Made by a program: the position numbers and the translations under genes. The notes under the pieces were generated by a model. It was not told where the DNA came from. It saw nothing but the letters and a program-made list of their open reading frames with translations, and ran no database searches. Below are positions 29,858 through 40,816 of a DNA stretch of 64,000 nt, in pieces (positions within the stretch are counted from its first letter, which is position 1; each line of letters starts with the position of its first letter). The DNA is from a bacterium (GTDB taxonomy: Bacteria > Hinthialibacterota > Hinthialibacteria > Hinthialibacterales > Hinthialibacteraceae), in assembly GCA_963662285.2 (NCBI GenBank), contig CAXXMV010000003.1, forward strand, positions 32,001-96,000, in the 5' to 3' direction.

Positions 29858-30012
29858 AATAATTCTTAATATTATTTATCGAAAAGACTCGAAGTTTGGA
29901 TATCAGTATGGTATTCTATCCAATATAGATAGAATGCCTTGTAGTCATATACTATGGTTAATCAAAGTCTTGAATGGAATGTACTTGATTCTTAGGAATC
30001 TTATATTTTGAT

Positions 30013-31269
30013 ATGAAAATTGATATAGCAAGAAAACAAATAAAGAAATATCTTAATGATAGCCGTGATGATCTTGTTAAACTAACGCAGGACCTATGCC
30101 GTATCTCTACAGAAAACCCTCCAGGGAAAAATTTCAAGCCTTTAACGGTATTCCTTGCGGATCAAATGAAACAGATCGGCTTCAAAACAGATATTATTCG
30201 CGTCCCCAAACAATATCAGCAGCGTTATGCTCCACGGGAAACATGGGATTTACCCCGTTATAATCTGGTCGCTCGATGGGATGTGGGCGCTGGTAAGACG
30301 CTGCATTACAACAGTCATTATGACGTCGTTCCTGTGACAGATGATTGGAAGACTGATCCTTTTGATCCCGTAGTCAAAAGAGGACGCCTTTATGGCCGGG
30401 GAACATCAGATATGAAAGGCTGCATGGCATCATGCATCTATGCCTTCAAAGCTTTGCGCGAATTTGGTTTGATACCCCCATGGAACATTGAAATATCATT
30501 CACCTGTGATGAAGAAATCGGCGGCATGTGCGGCGCCGGGTACATTGTGAAAGAGCGCATCGTTCGCCCTGATGCCGCGGTAATATGTGAAGGCGGCGCG
30601 GGCGCTTCCATTATGATTGGTCATCGGGGCGTCCTGTGGATTGATATCCTGATCAAGGGCGTTGCCGCTCATGGCTCCAATCCGGCAGCTGGAGTCAATG
30701 CATTTGAAAAGGGACTCGATCTGTTGGAAATAATCCGTGAATATCACAAACAATGTCTAAATCGTGAGACTGGATTCACCATGGACCGCAGCAGTGCGCG
30801 GCGACCGAGCCTGACCATTGGCGGCTTATCAGGTGGAGGAACCAAGGTCAATACTATCCCTTCGGATTTTCATTTCACCCTCGACCGCCGTCTAATACCT
30901 GAGGAAAATGTTAAATTGCTTGTTAAAGATTTCAAAAACATAATAGCAAATGCAATGCATTGTGATAAACAATTAAAGGCTAAAATGGATGTGCTGATGG
31001 ATTTTGATGCAGCAATCACGGACTCCAACTCAGGTATTTGTCATACAACTCAAAACGCAGTGCAATATGTTACCGGTAAAACTCCCCGATCATGCATTTT
31101 CGGCGCTTTCACTGATCTGCATTTTTTTACTAACAACGCTGGCTGTCCTTCTATTGGATATGGCGTTGAAGGAGATGGGATTCATGGAAGTCAGGAATAC
31201 GCCAAGGTTAGTTCGCTGAGCGATACCGCCAGGGTTTATGCGGATATCGCTCTGAATATGTGGGAATAG
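30013..31269 (+). CDS. M20 family metallo-deacylase (ArgE/DapE-like)
   Basis: SHYDVVP, GRGTSDMKG, DEEIGG, HGSQEY. Confidence 0.92.
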   Translation: MKIDIARKQIKKYLNDSRDDLVKLTQDLCRISTENPPGKNFKPLTVFLADQMKQIGFKTDIIRVPKQYQQRYAPRETWDLPRYNLVARWDVGAGKTLHYNSHYDVVPVTDDWKTDPFDPVVKRGRLYGRGTSDMKGCMASCIYAFKALREFGLIPPWNIEISFTCDEEIGGMCGAGYIVKERIVRPDAAVICEGGAGASIMIGHRGVLWIDILIKGVAAHGSNPAAGVNAFEKGLDLLEIIREYHKQCLNRETGFTMDRSSARRPSLTIGGLSGGGTKVNTIPSDFHFTLDRRLIPEENVKLLVKDFKNIIANAMHCDKQLKAKMDVLMDFDAAITDSNSGICHTTQNAVQYVTGKTPRSCIFGAFTDLHFFTNNAGCPSIGYGVEGDGIHGSQEYAKVSSLSDTARVYADIALNMWE

Positions 31270-31396
31270 AGTAATATATATAAATTGATTTATATTGATT
31301 TCCAAGCGTAAACACGGCATTCTAAGCTTGTTCATCCCTTGATTAAGAAATATCTGAATCAGCGACCAATAGTATTTATAACAAGGCGGTAGCAGT

Positions 31397-32932
31397 ATGA
31401 AATTGACATCACGTCGGGAATTTATAAAAAAAGGTTTAACAGGTGCAGCCGTTGCCCTTTCATCCGCTAATGCGCTAGCTCAGACCAAAGGTAAATTTAA
31501 TGTACTTTTTATTGCCGTAGATGATCTCAGGCCGCAATTGGGCTGTTATGGTCAAAAACAGATGCACACGCCTAATCTTGATCGTCTGGCGGAGAAGGGA
31601 ATTGTCTTTAACCGTGCTTATTGCCAACAGGCGGTTTGCAGCCCATCACGCACATCTCTTCTAACCGGGCTGCGTCCTGATACAACCAAAATTTATGATT
31701 TGCAAACTCATTTCAGATTAACTATACCTAATGTAGTAACTCTTCCTCAATATTTCAAAAAACATGGTTATCACACTCAAGCCTTAGGTAAGATTTACCA
31801 TGGTGGATTGAATGACTCTTATTCATGGAGCGTGCGCCACTGGCAGCCTACCGGACCCTCTTATAGCGACCCTGGAATCATTCAGGAAATGAACCGGGAA
31901 CTAGAGGCTATCATGGATACCAATAAAGGTCCGGCTGTTGAAATACTAAAACAAGACCCGCAGACCAGTCAGCCTCTCAAGGTTTCCCGCCCCAAATTCC
32001 GTGTTCGCGGGCCATCATGGGAATCAGCTAATGCGCCCGATAATGCTCTACCCGATGGTCAGACAGCTGATAAAGCCATTGAACTACTTAATTCAGTCAA
32101 AAATCAACGCTTCTTTTTAGCGGTTGGTTTTCTAAAACCTCATCTACCTTTTGTGGCGCCCAAGAAATATTATGATCTTTATCCAGCAGATAAAATAACC
32201 TTGGCCGACAACCTCTTTGCTCCTAAAGACGCTCCCAAACTAGCGCTGCATAATTTCGGTGAATTGCGCAACTACAATGATATTCCCAAAGAAGGTCCGT
32301 TAACTGATAATAAAGCGCATGAACTTACCCGCGCTTATTATGCATCGACCAGTTATGTTGATGCTCAAATCGGCCGGGTGATAGATGAACTGGACAAACT
32401 TGGATTACGCGAAAATACCGTTATAGTGGTCTGGGGAGATCATGGCTGGCAATTAGGCGAGCATTCCCTGTGGTGTAAGCATTCGAACTTTGAAACATCT
32501 ACCCGCTCGCCGCTTATTATCAGTGCGCCAGAGATGCCGGCAACCAATATTAAAACTGATGGTCTAACTGAATTCGTCGATATATATCCCACGCTGTGCG
32601 AGCTGTGCGATTTACCGGTTCCCGAAGGTTTGGAAGGCGTCAGTCTGACGCCGCTTATTAAATCCCCCGACAGGCCCTGGAAAAAAGCTGCTTTCAGCCA
32701 ATACCCCCGCGGCGAAAACATCATGGGATATTCCATGCGCACCGATCATTTCCGTTACACCGAATGGATCAAGACGGATGAAGATAAAACTATTGCTGTT
32801 GAACTATATGATCATAGCAATGATCCTGATGAAAATGTAAATGTCGCAGCAAAACCGGAATACAAGGAAATAATCCAGGAGTTGGGAATCCAATTGCATA
32901 AAGGCTGGCAATGCGCCAAGCCCCCTGCATAA
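31397..32932 (+). CDS. TAT-exported Cys-type sulfatase (iduronate-2-sulfatase-like)
   Basis: SRREFIK twin-arginine, AVDDLRP, CSPSRTSLLTG, GKIYH, KPHLP, WGDHG. Confidence 0.93.
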   Translation: MKLTSRREFIKKGLTGAAVALSSANALAQTKGKFNVLFIAVDDLRPQLGCYGQKQMHTPNLDRLAEKGIVFNRAYCQQAVCSPSRTSLLTGLRPDTTKIYDLQTHFRLTIPNVVTLPQYFKKHGYHTQALGKIYHGGLNDSYSWSVRHWQPTGPSYSDPGIIQEMNRELEAIMDTNKGPAVEILKQDPQTSQPLKVSRPKFRVRGPSWESANAPDNALPDGQTADKAIELLNSVKNQRFFLAVGFLKPHLPFVAPKKYYDLYPADKITLADNLFAPKDAPKLALHNFGELRNYNDIPKEGPLTDNKAHELTRAYYASTSYVDAQIGRVIDELDKLGLRENTVIVVWGDHGWQLGEHSLWCKHSNFETSTRSPLIISAPEMPATNIKTDGLTEFVDIYPTLCELCDLPVPEGLEGVSLTPLIKSPDRPWKKAAFSQYPRGENIMGYSMRTDHFRYTEWIKTDEDKTIAVELYDHSNDPDENVNVAAKPEYKEIIQELGIQLHKGWQCAKPPA

Positions 32933-32941
32933 AGCCTACAC

Positions 32942-33042
32942 GTAGGGTGGGTCAGCTTTACCGACCCACCGTAAATCCACTCCATCATAAAAATCCACCA
33001 ACCCCCGTGTAGGGTGGGCTAAAAGCGATAGCGTAGCCCACC
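32942..33042 (+). repeat. Two tandem GTAG-type REPs
   Basis: GTAGGGTGGGTCAGCTTTACCGACCCACC (identical copy at 43735-43763) and GTAGGGTGGGCTA..TAGCCCACC. Confidence 0.8.
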
Positions 33043-33051
33043 AAGATCCAC

Positions 33052-33324
33052 TTATGACTTCTTCAAAACCATACGGATTGATATATATGCAATCAAGGCA
33101 AACACCATAATGCTTTTCCAGAAAGTCAATCCATAATAATTTAACAGAACAAAATTCTGTTCGGAAATACCGGATAGTTCAGAATGGAATTTAGAGAAGA
33201 AATCTCCTACCAAGAAGAATAAGATTATCCATACTCCCATAATTACTGCTTCGATGATAACGCAACGTATCAACACTTTGGCGGTTGCATCCAAGAGATT
33301 TGAAACTGTCATTTCATCGTTCAT
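33052..33324 (-). CDS. Small two-TM membrane protein (DUF6868-like)
   Basis: 90 aa, two hydrophobic helices, LNYYGL.FWK; RBS GGAGG; last gene of the GntR operon. Confidence 0.6.
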   Translation of the reverse strand: MNDEMTVSNLLDATAKVLIRCVIIEAVIMGVWIILFFLVGDFFSKFHSELSGISEQNFVLLNYYGLTFWKSIMVFALIAYISIRMVLKKS

Positions 33325-33350
33325 GAGTCGCCTCCAGATATATAGTTATT

Positions 33351-34499
33351 CTATTCGTTTACTGCATCGTCTATCGGTTCTGTAACTTCTGGTTCCTGTG
33401 TTTCCGGTTCTGGCGCATGGCCGCCGGGTATCTCTCTGCCTAGAGCGGTGAGACCTCCCAGGGCGCCCAGACCCATTGATTCGATGGCGGAAGATGGAAC
33501 GATAATCATTGATCCTTTCTGCCGCAGACCTTCGTAGACCATATTCATGGCGCGTAGATGGAGCGCGACGGGATTATCTATGTAATGCTCTGAGGCGCGG
33601 GCGAATTTTTCTGCGATTTCCGTCTCCGCCGTTCCCAGGATAATACGGCTTTGGCGCTCGCGTTCAGCCTGAGCCTGACGGGACATGGCATCCTCCAGGC
33701 CTTTGGGAATAATGATGTCACGAATCTCCACGGCTTGGGTGGTTATGCCCCAGGCGCTGGTTTTTTCATCCAGAGCTTTTTGAATTTCCGCGCCCAGGCG
33801 GTCTCGTTCTGAAAGAAGTACGGCCAAATCGTGTTTGCCGATGGCGTTTCTCAGAGCAGTTTGGGCTGACAGGATGACGGCTTCATCAAAGTATTCAACT
33901 TCCAGTACGGCTTTTTCTGCATCCCAGACAATCCAGAATGCTATGGCGTCAACGTTGACCGGTACGGTATCAGAGGTCAATGTGGTTTCCGCGCTGAAAT
34001 CCGCCACCCGGATACGCTGATCGACGAATTGGGCGACTTTATCCATAACAGGCATGATGATAAACAAGCCCGGTTTACGTAGACCCCTGAATTTTCCGAA
34101 ACGCAGCATAACCGCACGTTCCCATTGGTAAGCGATCTGAACCGATGGGGAGAGCAGGATGGCGATGATAATCGTAATAATCATGACCTCGCTTTCAGGC
34201 CGCATTAATATATAGGCTATAAGGCAATCCAGAGTTCCCAGTACGACTACCGTCTCCCAAACTTGGGCTAACCTCAGGCATACAGCCAAGGTTAAGGCTG
34301 ATCCAAGGCAGATTGAGACCACTTCGACTGAATAATCGTGAAATTGAAGATGAACGATAAGGCCAACAACAAAAATCGAGACCAGAATGAGTGCGTTCAG
34401 CGGAGAGAAACGAAAATCCGCCCGTGATGTGGTGGAGAATTTCTCCAGCGAAAATGATGGTTTGTCTGACTTGTTTGGTGTTTTGTACCTGTTACTCAT
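33351..34499 (-). CDS. SPFH/band-7 (slipin) protein with N-terminal TM extension
   Basis: WERAVMLRFG, SAQTALRNAIG, WGI...VEIRDI, AMSRQAQAERERQ. Confidence 0.9.
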   Translation of the reverse strand: MSNRYKTPNKSDKPSFSLEKFSTTSRADFRFSPLNALILVSIFVVGLIVHLQFHDYSVEVVSICLGSALTLAVCLRLAQVWETVVVLGTLDCLIAYILMRPESEVMIITIIIAILLSPSVQIAYQWERAVMLRFGKFRGLRKPGLFIIMPVMDKVAQFVDQRIRVADFSAETTLTSDTVPVNVDAIAFWIVWDAEKAVLEVEYFDEAVILSAQTALRNAIGKHDLAVLLSERDRLGAEIQKALDEKTSAWGITTQAVEIRDIIIPKGLEDAMSRQAQAERERQSRIILGTAETEIAEKFARASEHYIDNPVALHLRAMNMVYEGLRQKGSMIIVPSSAIESMGLGALGGLTALGREIPGGHAPEPETQEPEVTEPIDDAVNE

Positions 34500-34873
34500 T
34501 TCACTTCCTCCTTGCGTTGTTGTAATCCTTCTATTAATTCGTCAATTTTGAATCCATAAGATGAGGCGCGCGCCAGCATATCGGTTATAATTTGATCCAG
34601 CATACGCTGTTTTTCCAGTTGGTCGATTTCCGGTCGGTTTTTGCTGACGAAGGTTCCCGATCCTTGCTGCGTGGTAAGCATTCCCCCAATTTCCAGTTCA
34701 CGATAAGCCCGGATGACGGTATTAAGATTGATGGAAAGGTCTACCGCCAGTTGACGGACGGTCGGCAGTTGATCGCCGGATTGCAGGTTTCCCCGTGCAA
34801 TAGCAAATTTAACCTGCTCGATTATCTGCCGGTAGAAAGGTACGCCGCTCTTGGAATCAATAAGAATCTTCAC
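34496..34873 (-). CDS. GntR family (YtrA-type) regulator
   Basis: PFYRQI, LPTVRQLA, NTVIRAYRELE, QGSGTFV; 125 aa. Confidence 0.93.
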   Translation of the reverse strand: MKILIDSKSGVPFYRQIIEQVKFAIARGNLQSGDQLPTVRQLAVDLSINLNTVIRAYRELEIGGMLTTQQGSGTFVSKNRPEIDQLEKQRMLDQIITDMLARASSYGFKIDELIEGLQQRKEEVK

Positions 34874-34892
34874 AAAATTGCTCCAATGTAAT

Positions 34893-34933
34893 ATTGTACT
34901 AATAGTTTATAACAATAATACAATAGTTGTCAA
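34893..34933 (-). promoter_or_regulatory. Promoter with YtrA-type operator
   Basis: TTGACA-N16-TATAAA on the minus strand, overlapped by inverted repeat ATTGTACTA...TAATACAAT. Confidence 0.6.
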
Positions 34934-35052
34934 GCTTTTTTTTGTGGTGTGAGGGATAAAAGAAGGGATTTCTATGCGCACATACTTTTGACAAGCGCTA
35001 TAGAGTGATATATTCTGCTTGAATAAGCAAAACCCAAGAGAATTCAACCACT

Positions 35053-36030
35053 ATGGAAAATCAATCAAAAAACACATATCTATCAGTCGTATTACCCGTG
35101 TATAACGAAGTTGAAAGTCTGCGAACTCTGCATGATGCGCTATGCAAGGAATTGCAAGCGACAGGATTATCCTATGAGATTCTGTATTGCGACGATGGCA
35201 GCGAAGATGGATCAGTAGATGTTTTGCGTGAATTCGCTGGCGGGGATTCTCGTGTGCGGGTTCTGGTTTTTAAAAGAAATTTCGGACAGACGGCGGCCAT
35301 TACTGCAGGGGTGGATCAAGCCCGTGGCGAGATCATTGTTCTAATGGACGCCGATTACCAGAACGATCCTGCGGATATCAGGAAATTACTGGAGAAATTG
35401 GATGAAGGTTATGATATTGTCAGCGGCTGGCGCCGTAGTAGAAAAGACCCGTTATTCTCAAAAAAAATACCTTCCCGCATAGCTAATTGGTTGATATCCA
35501 AAATTACCGGAGTCAAAATTCACGATCACGGTTGCACCTTGAAAGCATACCGTAGTGCAATATTAAAGCATGTCTCTCTCTATGGTGAGATGCACCGCTT
35601 TATCTCCATCCTGGGGCATTGGGCTGGCGCAACCGTAGCTGAAATCGAAGTCAATCATCTTCCACGGCGATGTGGGAAATCCAAATATTCATTGATCCGG
35701 ATTTTTAAGGTTCTGCTTGATCTGCCGGTTCTGGTCTTACTAGGCAACTACTTAACCCGTCCCATGCATTTCTTCGGTATGGTTGGCATTGGTTTTAATG
35801 CGCTGGGATTATTATGCGCGGTGCAAGTCGCCAAAGATCTTTTTATTGATGGAGAGCAAGCATCTGAAAATGGCTTTCTGATTTTGATGGTTTTCTTCTC
35901 TCTGGTAGGAATCATGATAATCATGATTGGACTGCTGGCTGAATTGCTTACACGTGTTTACTACGAAAGCCAGGGCAAGAAAACATACGTTATTCAGGAA
36001 AATATAAATGAGCCTGATCTTGATGAGTAG
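35053..36030 (+). CDS. GT2 polyprenol-phosphate glycosyltransferase (ArnC/GtrB-like)
   Basis: VVLPVYNE, DDGSED, RNFGQTAA, MDAD, two C-terminal TMs. Confidence 0.92.
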   Translation: MENQSKNTYLSVVLPVYNEVESLRTLHDALCKELQATGLSYEILYCDDGSEDGSVDVLREFAGGDSRVRVLVFKRNFGQTAAITAGVDQARGEIIVLMDADYQNDPADIRKLLEKLDEGYDIVSGWRRSRKDPLFSKKIPSRIANWLISKITGVKIHDHGCTLKAYRSAILKHVSLYGEMHRFISILGHWAGATVAEIEVNHLPRRCGKSKYSLIRIFKVLLDLPVLVLLGNYLTRPMHFFGMVGIGFNALGLLCAVQVAKDLFIDGEQASENGFLILMVFFSLVGIMIIMIGLLAELLTRVYYESQGKKTYVIQENINEPDLDE

Positions 36031-36039
36031 TATGAAAAA

Positions 36040-36450
36040 CTAACGATTAAGCGTTTCTTTGATTTTTTGCAATAAAATATCTGTACGGTATGGCTTATCG
36101 AGAAATCCAGTAATGCCGAGCTGTTTTAGCGACTTTATTTGCCAATCTTGAATATATCCACTGCTTATAATTATTTTGGCGTCAGGCGAACTTACCAGTA
36201 TCTTTTCTGCAACTTCAGAACCGGAAAGGTGGGGCATAGAAAAATCCAAGATTACTAAATCAATGTTATTTTTTTCTTTATAGAAAATATCCAGACCGTC
36301 TTCACCATCTGCAGCGGTAATAACCGTGTAACCCGAATCTTCCAGAATGGATTGGTTTAAACGCCTGATCAATTCTTCATCATCAATAAAGAGAATTGTT
36401 TCATTGTTGCCAGTCAATACTTTTTGAATTTCATCTTGTGCAGGTTTCAT
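36040..36450 (-). CDS. Single-domain response regulator
   Basis: IDDE, ILDFSMP, SSGY, KPY. Confidence 0.88.
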   Translation of the reverse strand: MKPAQDEIQKVLTGNNETILFIDDEELIRRLNQSILEDSGYTVITAADGEDGLDIFYKEKNNIDLVILDFSMPHLSGSEVAEKILVSSPDAKIIISSGYIQDWQIKSLKQLGITGFLDKPYRTDILLQKIKETLNR

Positions 36451-36593
36451 TAATAACGATCAGTTTCAATTCCATGCGTGATTTCCGGCTGAAGGATAGC
36501 AGTTGTTTAACTGGTTCCCGTAGCGGAAAGCCTTTTTTTGTTAGTCGATATCTATCAGGTTATGTTATATAACCTGAATAATGATAAAACGGG

Positions 36594-37256
36594 CTAGGCC
36601 ATTTCCAGGACTTTGGCTACCAGTTTTTCAATGCCTTCCGCTACCGGGGCGATGCTTTGCCCCAGCATATAGGCGGGCGTTGTCACCAGTTTGTTTTTTT
36701 GATCAACCACGATTTCAGTTACTGAGGCGGGTTGATTCTCCGCGCCCATGGCTCTTAATGCGCCAGCGGTCGAGGCGTCGGTTCCAATTGTCATAACTGG
36801 ATTCAAAGTCTTATCTTGCAAAGCGCGCGCCACAAGCGCAGGAGCAATGCAGATGGCGCCGATAACTTTATCATTATCGACCGCATCAATAATTACCTGT
36901 TGAACGACAGGATCAATGCTGCATGAGTCGCCATCCACCGCCAGCGTGCATAGGTTTTTGGCCGCCCCGAAACCTCCGGGGAAAATTACTGCGTCAAATT
37001 CGTTGATCTTAAGATCAGAGAGAGGCGTGATTTCACCGCGCGCGATTCGCGCTGATTCGATCAATACATTGCGGGACTGGTCTGCTTCAGGTTCCCCTTT
37101 GAGGTGATTCACTACATGCATCTGCTCTTTATCGGGAGCAAAGCACCGGGTATCCGCTCCACCTTTATCTAAATACAGCAGCGTCAGAACTGCTTCATGA
37201 ATTTCCGATCCATCAAATACGCCGCATCCTGATAGAATAACTGCAACTCGCTTCAT
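36594..37256 (-). CDS. elbB: Glyoxalase ElbB (DJ-1/PfpI family)
   Basis: LSGCGVFDGSEIHE, ESARIARG, PGGFGAAKNL, ICIAP, TTPAYM. Confidence 0.93.
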   Translation of the reverse strand: MKRVAVILSGCGVFDGSEIHEAVLTLLYLDKGGADTRCFAPDKEQMHVVNHLKGEPEADQSRNVLIESARIARGEITPLSDLKINEFDAVIFPGGFGAAKNLCTLAVDGDSCSIDPVVQQVIIDAVDNDKVIGAICIAPALVARALQDKTLNPVMTIGTDASTAGALRAMGAENQPASVTEIVVDQKNKLVTTPAYMLGQSIAPVAEGIEKLVAKVLEMA

Positions 37257-37391
37257 GATTTCATCCTCCCGAATCTTTACTGAGTTGAGTATGCGATATA
37301 ATGGTTTCTTTTGTAAATAGTACTAAAGGGATTTTTATAAATATTTTTTTTTATAATTCCGCGAATATAAACCTTATCATTCAAACCAACC

Positions 37392-38876
37392 TTATCCAGC
37401 CGCCTCTTTAGCCTTCTCGCGCGACACGGATTGAACTGCTATTTCGGGTTGCGGCGACTGGCTAATATCACGGATAAACTTTGGTTGATGCCATACTGAC
37501 GGTAGACCGACAATGCCTTTCTTAATTAAACTTTGCTTGATGCTATAGAGCCATCCCAAAAGCATTAATTTAAGATTATTGGATGGCAGTCTTTTAATAA
37601 GCGTTTTTATGATCGGGAACAGCCGGGGATAACTCATGAAGAGATGAGCGCATTGCCCGATTTTTTCGATTAACTGCTTGTTTTCCAGTTTGATGCTTGG
37701 CGCCAGACAGTCCTGGTATTCCCGTGGTAGTTCCTCCAGTTTGCCGCTGAAACCGTATTTCTCTTTGCACAGGTTTCCCAGTTTGGTTCCTGGGTAGGGA
37801 CCATAAAAAGAAAAGGTATTGGTATGAGTCCGGCAGCGGATATTTAACTCGATGGTTGATAAAGCGGATTCAACCGTTTCTCCGGGAACGCCGAACATAT
37901 TTTGTCCAATCACACGGATGCCGTATTTATTATATAAGTCGCAGGATTCAATAATCTGTTGAGTGGTTACATTTTTGGAAAGAATCACGCGCCGCAGCTC
38001 GTCATCGCCATTCTCTATGCCGGTAGCGACTCTAATGCAACCCGCTTCAGCCAGTTTCTGCACTTTCTCTTCATTAGTAAGGTCGCAGCGCACGTTGCAG
38101 ACGAATGGCAAGCCGATCTCATCCCGGTAACGCGGCAGAAATTCCATCAACCATTTTTTGTTTAGAATAAAAGTGTCATCCTGGAATGCGTTATAAATAA
38201 CCTGGTATTTATCCTTCAACCATTTTAACTCGGCTATCACATTATCCACGCTGCGTTGACGGCACCATCGACCCGGTTGTGATTCGCGTGATACGTGATT
38301 AAAACAATACGAACAATCATAGGGGCATCCACGGCCCGCCATGATGTAGCCGGTGCGGTCATTCCATACTGTACAATCCCGGATAAGCTCGCGATCCGGG
38401 AATGGCAGCAGGTTCAGCTCTTCCTTGGTAAGAAAAGGTCTATTGGGATTGCGGAATATTTTACCATTGATTTTAGCGGTGATAGATGGAATATTGGTAT
38501 AATCACGGCCTTCTTCAATAGCGGTTAACAATTCTAATACCGGGTATTCACCTTCGCCGGTGCAGATGATATCCACGTCATCTTCTTCGATCATCTGCGG
38601 GAAAAAAATGGGATGCGGTCCGCCAAAAAGAGAGATGCATTTATAGGCTTTTTTTATGGCGTGGTTAGCAGCGTAAAAACTGGGCGCATGAGTAGTGGCT
38701 AAAGTATAAGCGACAATTTCAGGTTTCAATTGAAGAATTTTTTCTATATAATCGCCATCATCAATATTTACCACAGATATCTGGTGTCCTGCTTCTTTGA
38801 GAATGGATGAAATATATGATGCGCCTAGCGGTTGATGGCTAAGAATGATATTGTCAAATACAAAAGTTAAATGCAT
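37392..38876 (-). CDS. B12-binding radical SAM protein
   Basis: GGPHP, GEGE, GRGCPYDCSYC, QDDTF. Confidence 0.9.
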   Translation of the reverse strand: MHLTFVFDNIILSHQPLGASYISSILKEAGHQISVVNIDDGDYIEKILQLKPEIVAYTLATTHAPSFYAANHAIKKAYKCISLFGGPHPIFFPQMIEEDDVDIICTGEGEYPVLELLTAIEEGRDYTNIPSITAKINGKIFRNPNRPFLTKEELNLLPFPDRELIRDCTVWNDRTGYIMAGRGCPYDCSYCFNHVSRESQPGRWCRQRSVDNVIAELKWLKDKYQVIYNAFQDDTFILNKKWLMEFLPRYRDEIGLPFVCNVRCDLTNEEKVQKLAEAGCIRVATGIENGDDELRRVILSKNVTTQQIIESCDLYNKYGIRVIGQNMFGVPGETVESALSTIELNIRCRTHTNTFSFYGPYPGTKLGNLCKEKYGFSGKLEELPREYQDCLAPSIKLENKQLIEKIGQCAHLFMSYPRLFPIIKTLIKRLPSNNLKLMLLGWLYSIKQSLIKKGIVGLPSVWHQPKFIRDISQSPQPEIAVQSVSREKAKEAAG

Positions 38877-38941
38877 ACTAGATTACCTCAGAAAACAAAG
38901 CAACTTTATTTATACTGTAAGACAGTAGTTATTCGCGAAAG

Positions 38942-40816
38942 ATGATAGACCTTATTATACTCATTTTATTTGGATTGAGCATTCCTCTAGGAAGCGCATT
39001 CATCGGGCGGTGGGCTATAGGTCTATTTAAGATCGATCCGCAAGTAATACCTTACCCCTGCCGCATTGGAGCGGGATTAATAATTTTAACCTTCCTGCTG
39101 ATCCTGCAGGGCTTTCTAAGGCTATATTATTCACCTTTTCTGATCGCATTATGGTTATTATGGCTCATGGCGTCAGTGGGCGGATTATGGGAACTGCGCG
39201 GAATATCATTCTTTACCGAGAAATTTACAGACAGCAGTTCCAGTTGGAATTCGCTGTTTCTGCGAATCTGTATTGGCGTTATGCTGATCATCTACGTATT
39301 CAATGCCATGACGCCGGAAACGCGGCATGATCCTTACGATTATCATTTAACTATTCCCACCATTTACCTGGCTAATCATAGTATTGTCGAGATTCCCTGG
39401 CATGTGTTTTCCTATATGCCCAAGAATTGTGAAATCGTATATGGTCTGGCGCTGGCCATCGGTGAAGATCATCTGGTCAAACTATTGCATCTTATGTTTG
39501 GCTGTTTGTGCATTCTTACTATCGCCTCTTTTATTAAAAAAATCATAAGTCATGAGGCCGCTTTATTGACCGCTTTATTGGTGATAACCATTCCGCTTTT
39601 CGGTTTTGTAGCTACCGCATCATACATTGATCTCGGACGGGCGTTTTGGGAATTAGGAGCGCTGTACTTGCTTTCCATAGTGTGGGATAAACCAAAATCT
39701 GGAGCGAGAGCGCAGTTTTTCATCTTGTCTGGACTATTCGCCGGGATGGCGCTTGGGACGAAATACGTCTCATTTATGGTTTTTTTCATCCCATATTTAA
39801 TGCTGGTTTTAATAACTTTATGGAAACTGCGTAGAGATAGCGTCATTCGATTGACCATATTGTGGTCTTTAGCGGTTCTGATCCCGGTTGCGCCCTGGAT
39901 GATATGCAATATGATCTGGACTCAAAACCCGGTATATCCACTCTTGCCGCAAGTTTTTGGAATGAATATTCCCCCAGCGCAAGAGGCCTATCAATTTATC
40001 AGGAATCACGCGCCGCCTGCTGAGTTTTACCGGTTGAGCAATATTCCTCATGAGATTCTTAAAAGAATCAATAATCTTCTGCTTGAAGGTAATGCTCTGG
40101 TATTGATCGGGATGGTTGCTTTACTGGTCGCTCCCTGGTGGAGCCGGCAGCCTCAAGCAAAAAAAATGTCATCAGCTAGTTTGAGAGGTTTATCGGTTTA
40201 TGTGTTTATTTCATCAATGTTGTTTGTTATGGGCTGCGACAACATGGATGGCCGCTTTTTCTTTTCTACAATAGCGCTGTTATCGATTCCCGCAGCTTTT
40301 ATGCTTGAGGCGTTAGCTAATTACACTAAACAAACCAGTCCCTGGGGTAAGTATATTATTCCCGGATTCGCTTTAGTCCTGTTAGCTAATTCAGTAACCT
40401 ATCGTTTTAACCAGTTGAGCGCCCTGAAAGAATCTCCCATTCCTATAATAACAGAAGATCAGCGCGATCAATGGTTGGGCAAAAGATTCAGTTACTACAG
40501 AGCTGCCAAATGGGCTAATAAAACTTTGCCGGAAGATTCCTTGGTTCTTGGTATGGGATACCCGCTTAAACATAAGCATATCGCCAGAATTAAATATGGT
40601 TATATTCCATTTTTGCATGAACTTGATAGAGATATAACGCCCGGTCAACTGGCCAAAGTTTTATGGCGAAACCATGTAACCCATCTGGTCGATCCTTATC
40701 TTGATGATCCGGGGATCGTTGATCTATCAATATTAAAAAACGATTATCTAACTAAAATTTATGCAGATCACAGCGTAAAAATCTACCAACTCAAGAAGCC
40801 GGATAATGGCGGATAA
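38942..40816 (+). CDS. Polytopic GT-C-like glycosyltransferase candidate
   Basis: P...D.YDYHL.IP, YID, ALGTKY, NPVYP; many TMs. Confidence 0.65.
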   Translation: MIDLIILILFGLSIPLGSAFIGRWAIGLFKIDPQVIPYPCRIGAGLIILTFLLILQGFLRLYYSPFLIALWLLWLMASVGGLWELRGISFFTEKFTDSSSSWNSLFLRICIGVMLIIYVFNAMTPETRHDPYDYHLTIPTIYLANHSIVEIPWHVFSYMPKNCEIVYGLALAIGEDHLVKLLHLMFGCLCILTIASFIKKIISHEAALLTALLVITIPLFGFVATASYIDLGRAFWELGALYLLSIVWDKPKSGARAQFFILSGLFAGMALGTKYVSFMVFFIPYLMLVLITLWKLRRDSVIRLTILWSLAVLIPVAPWMICNMIWTQNPVYPLLPQVFGMNIPPAQEAYQFIRNHAPPAEFYRLSNIPHEILKRINNLLLEGNALVLIGMVALLVAPWWSRQPQAKKMSSASLRGLSVYVFISSMLFVMGCDNMDGRFFFSTIALLSIPAAFMLEALANYTKQTSPWGKYIIPGFALVLLANSVTYRFNQLSALKESPIPIITEDQRDQWLGKRFSYYRAAKWANKTLPEDSLVLGMGYPLKHKHIARIKYGYIPFLHELDRDITPGQLAKVLWRNHVTHLVDPYLDDPGIVDLSILKNDYLTKIYADHSVKIYQLKKPDNGG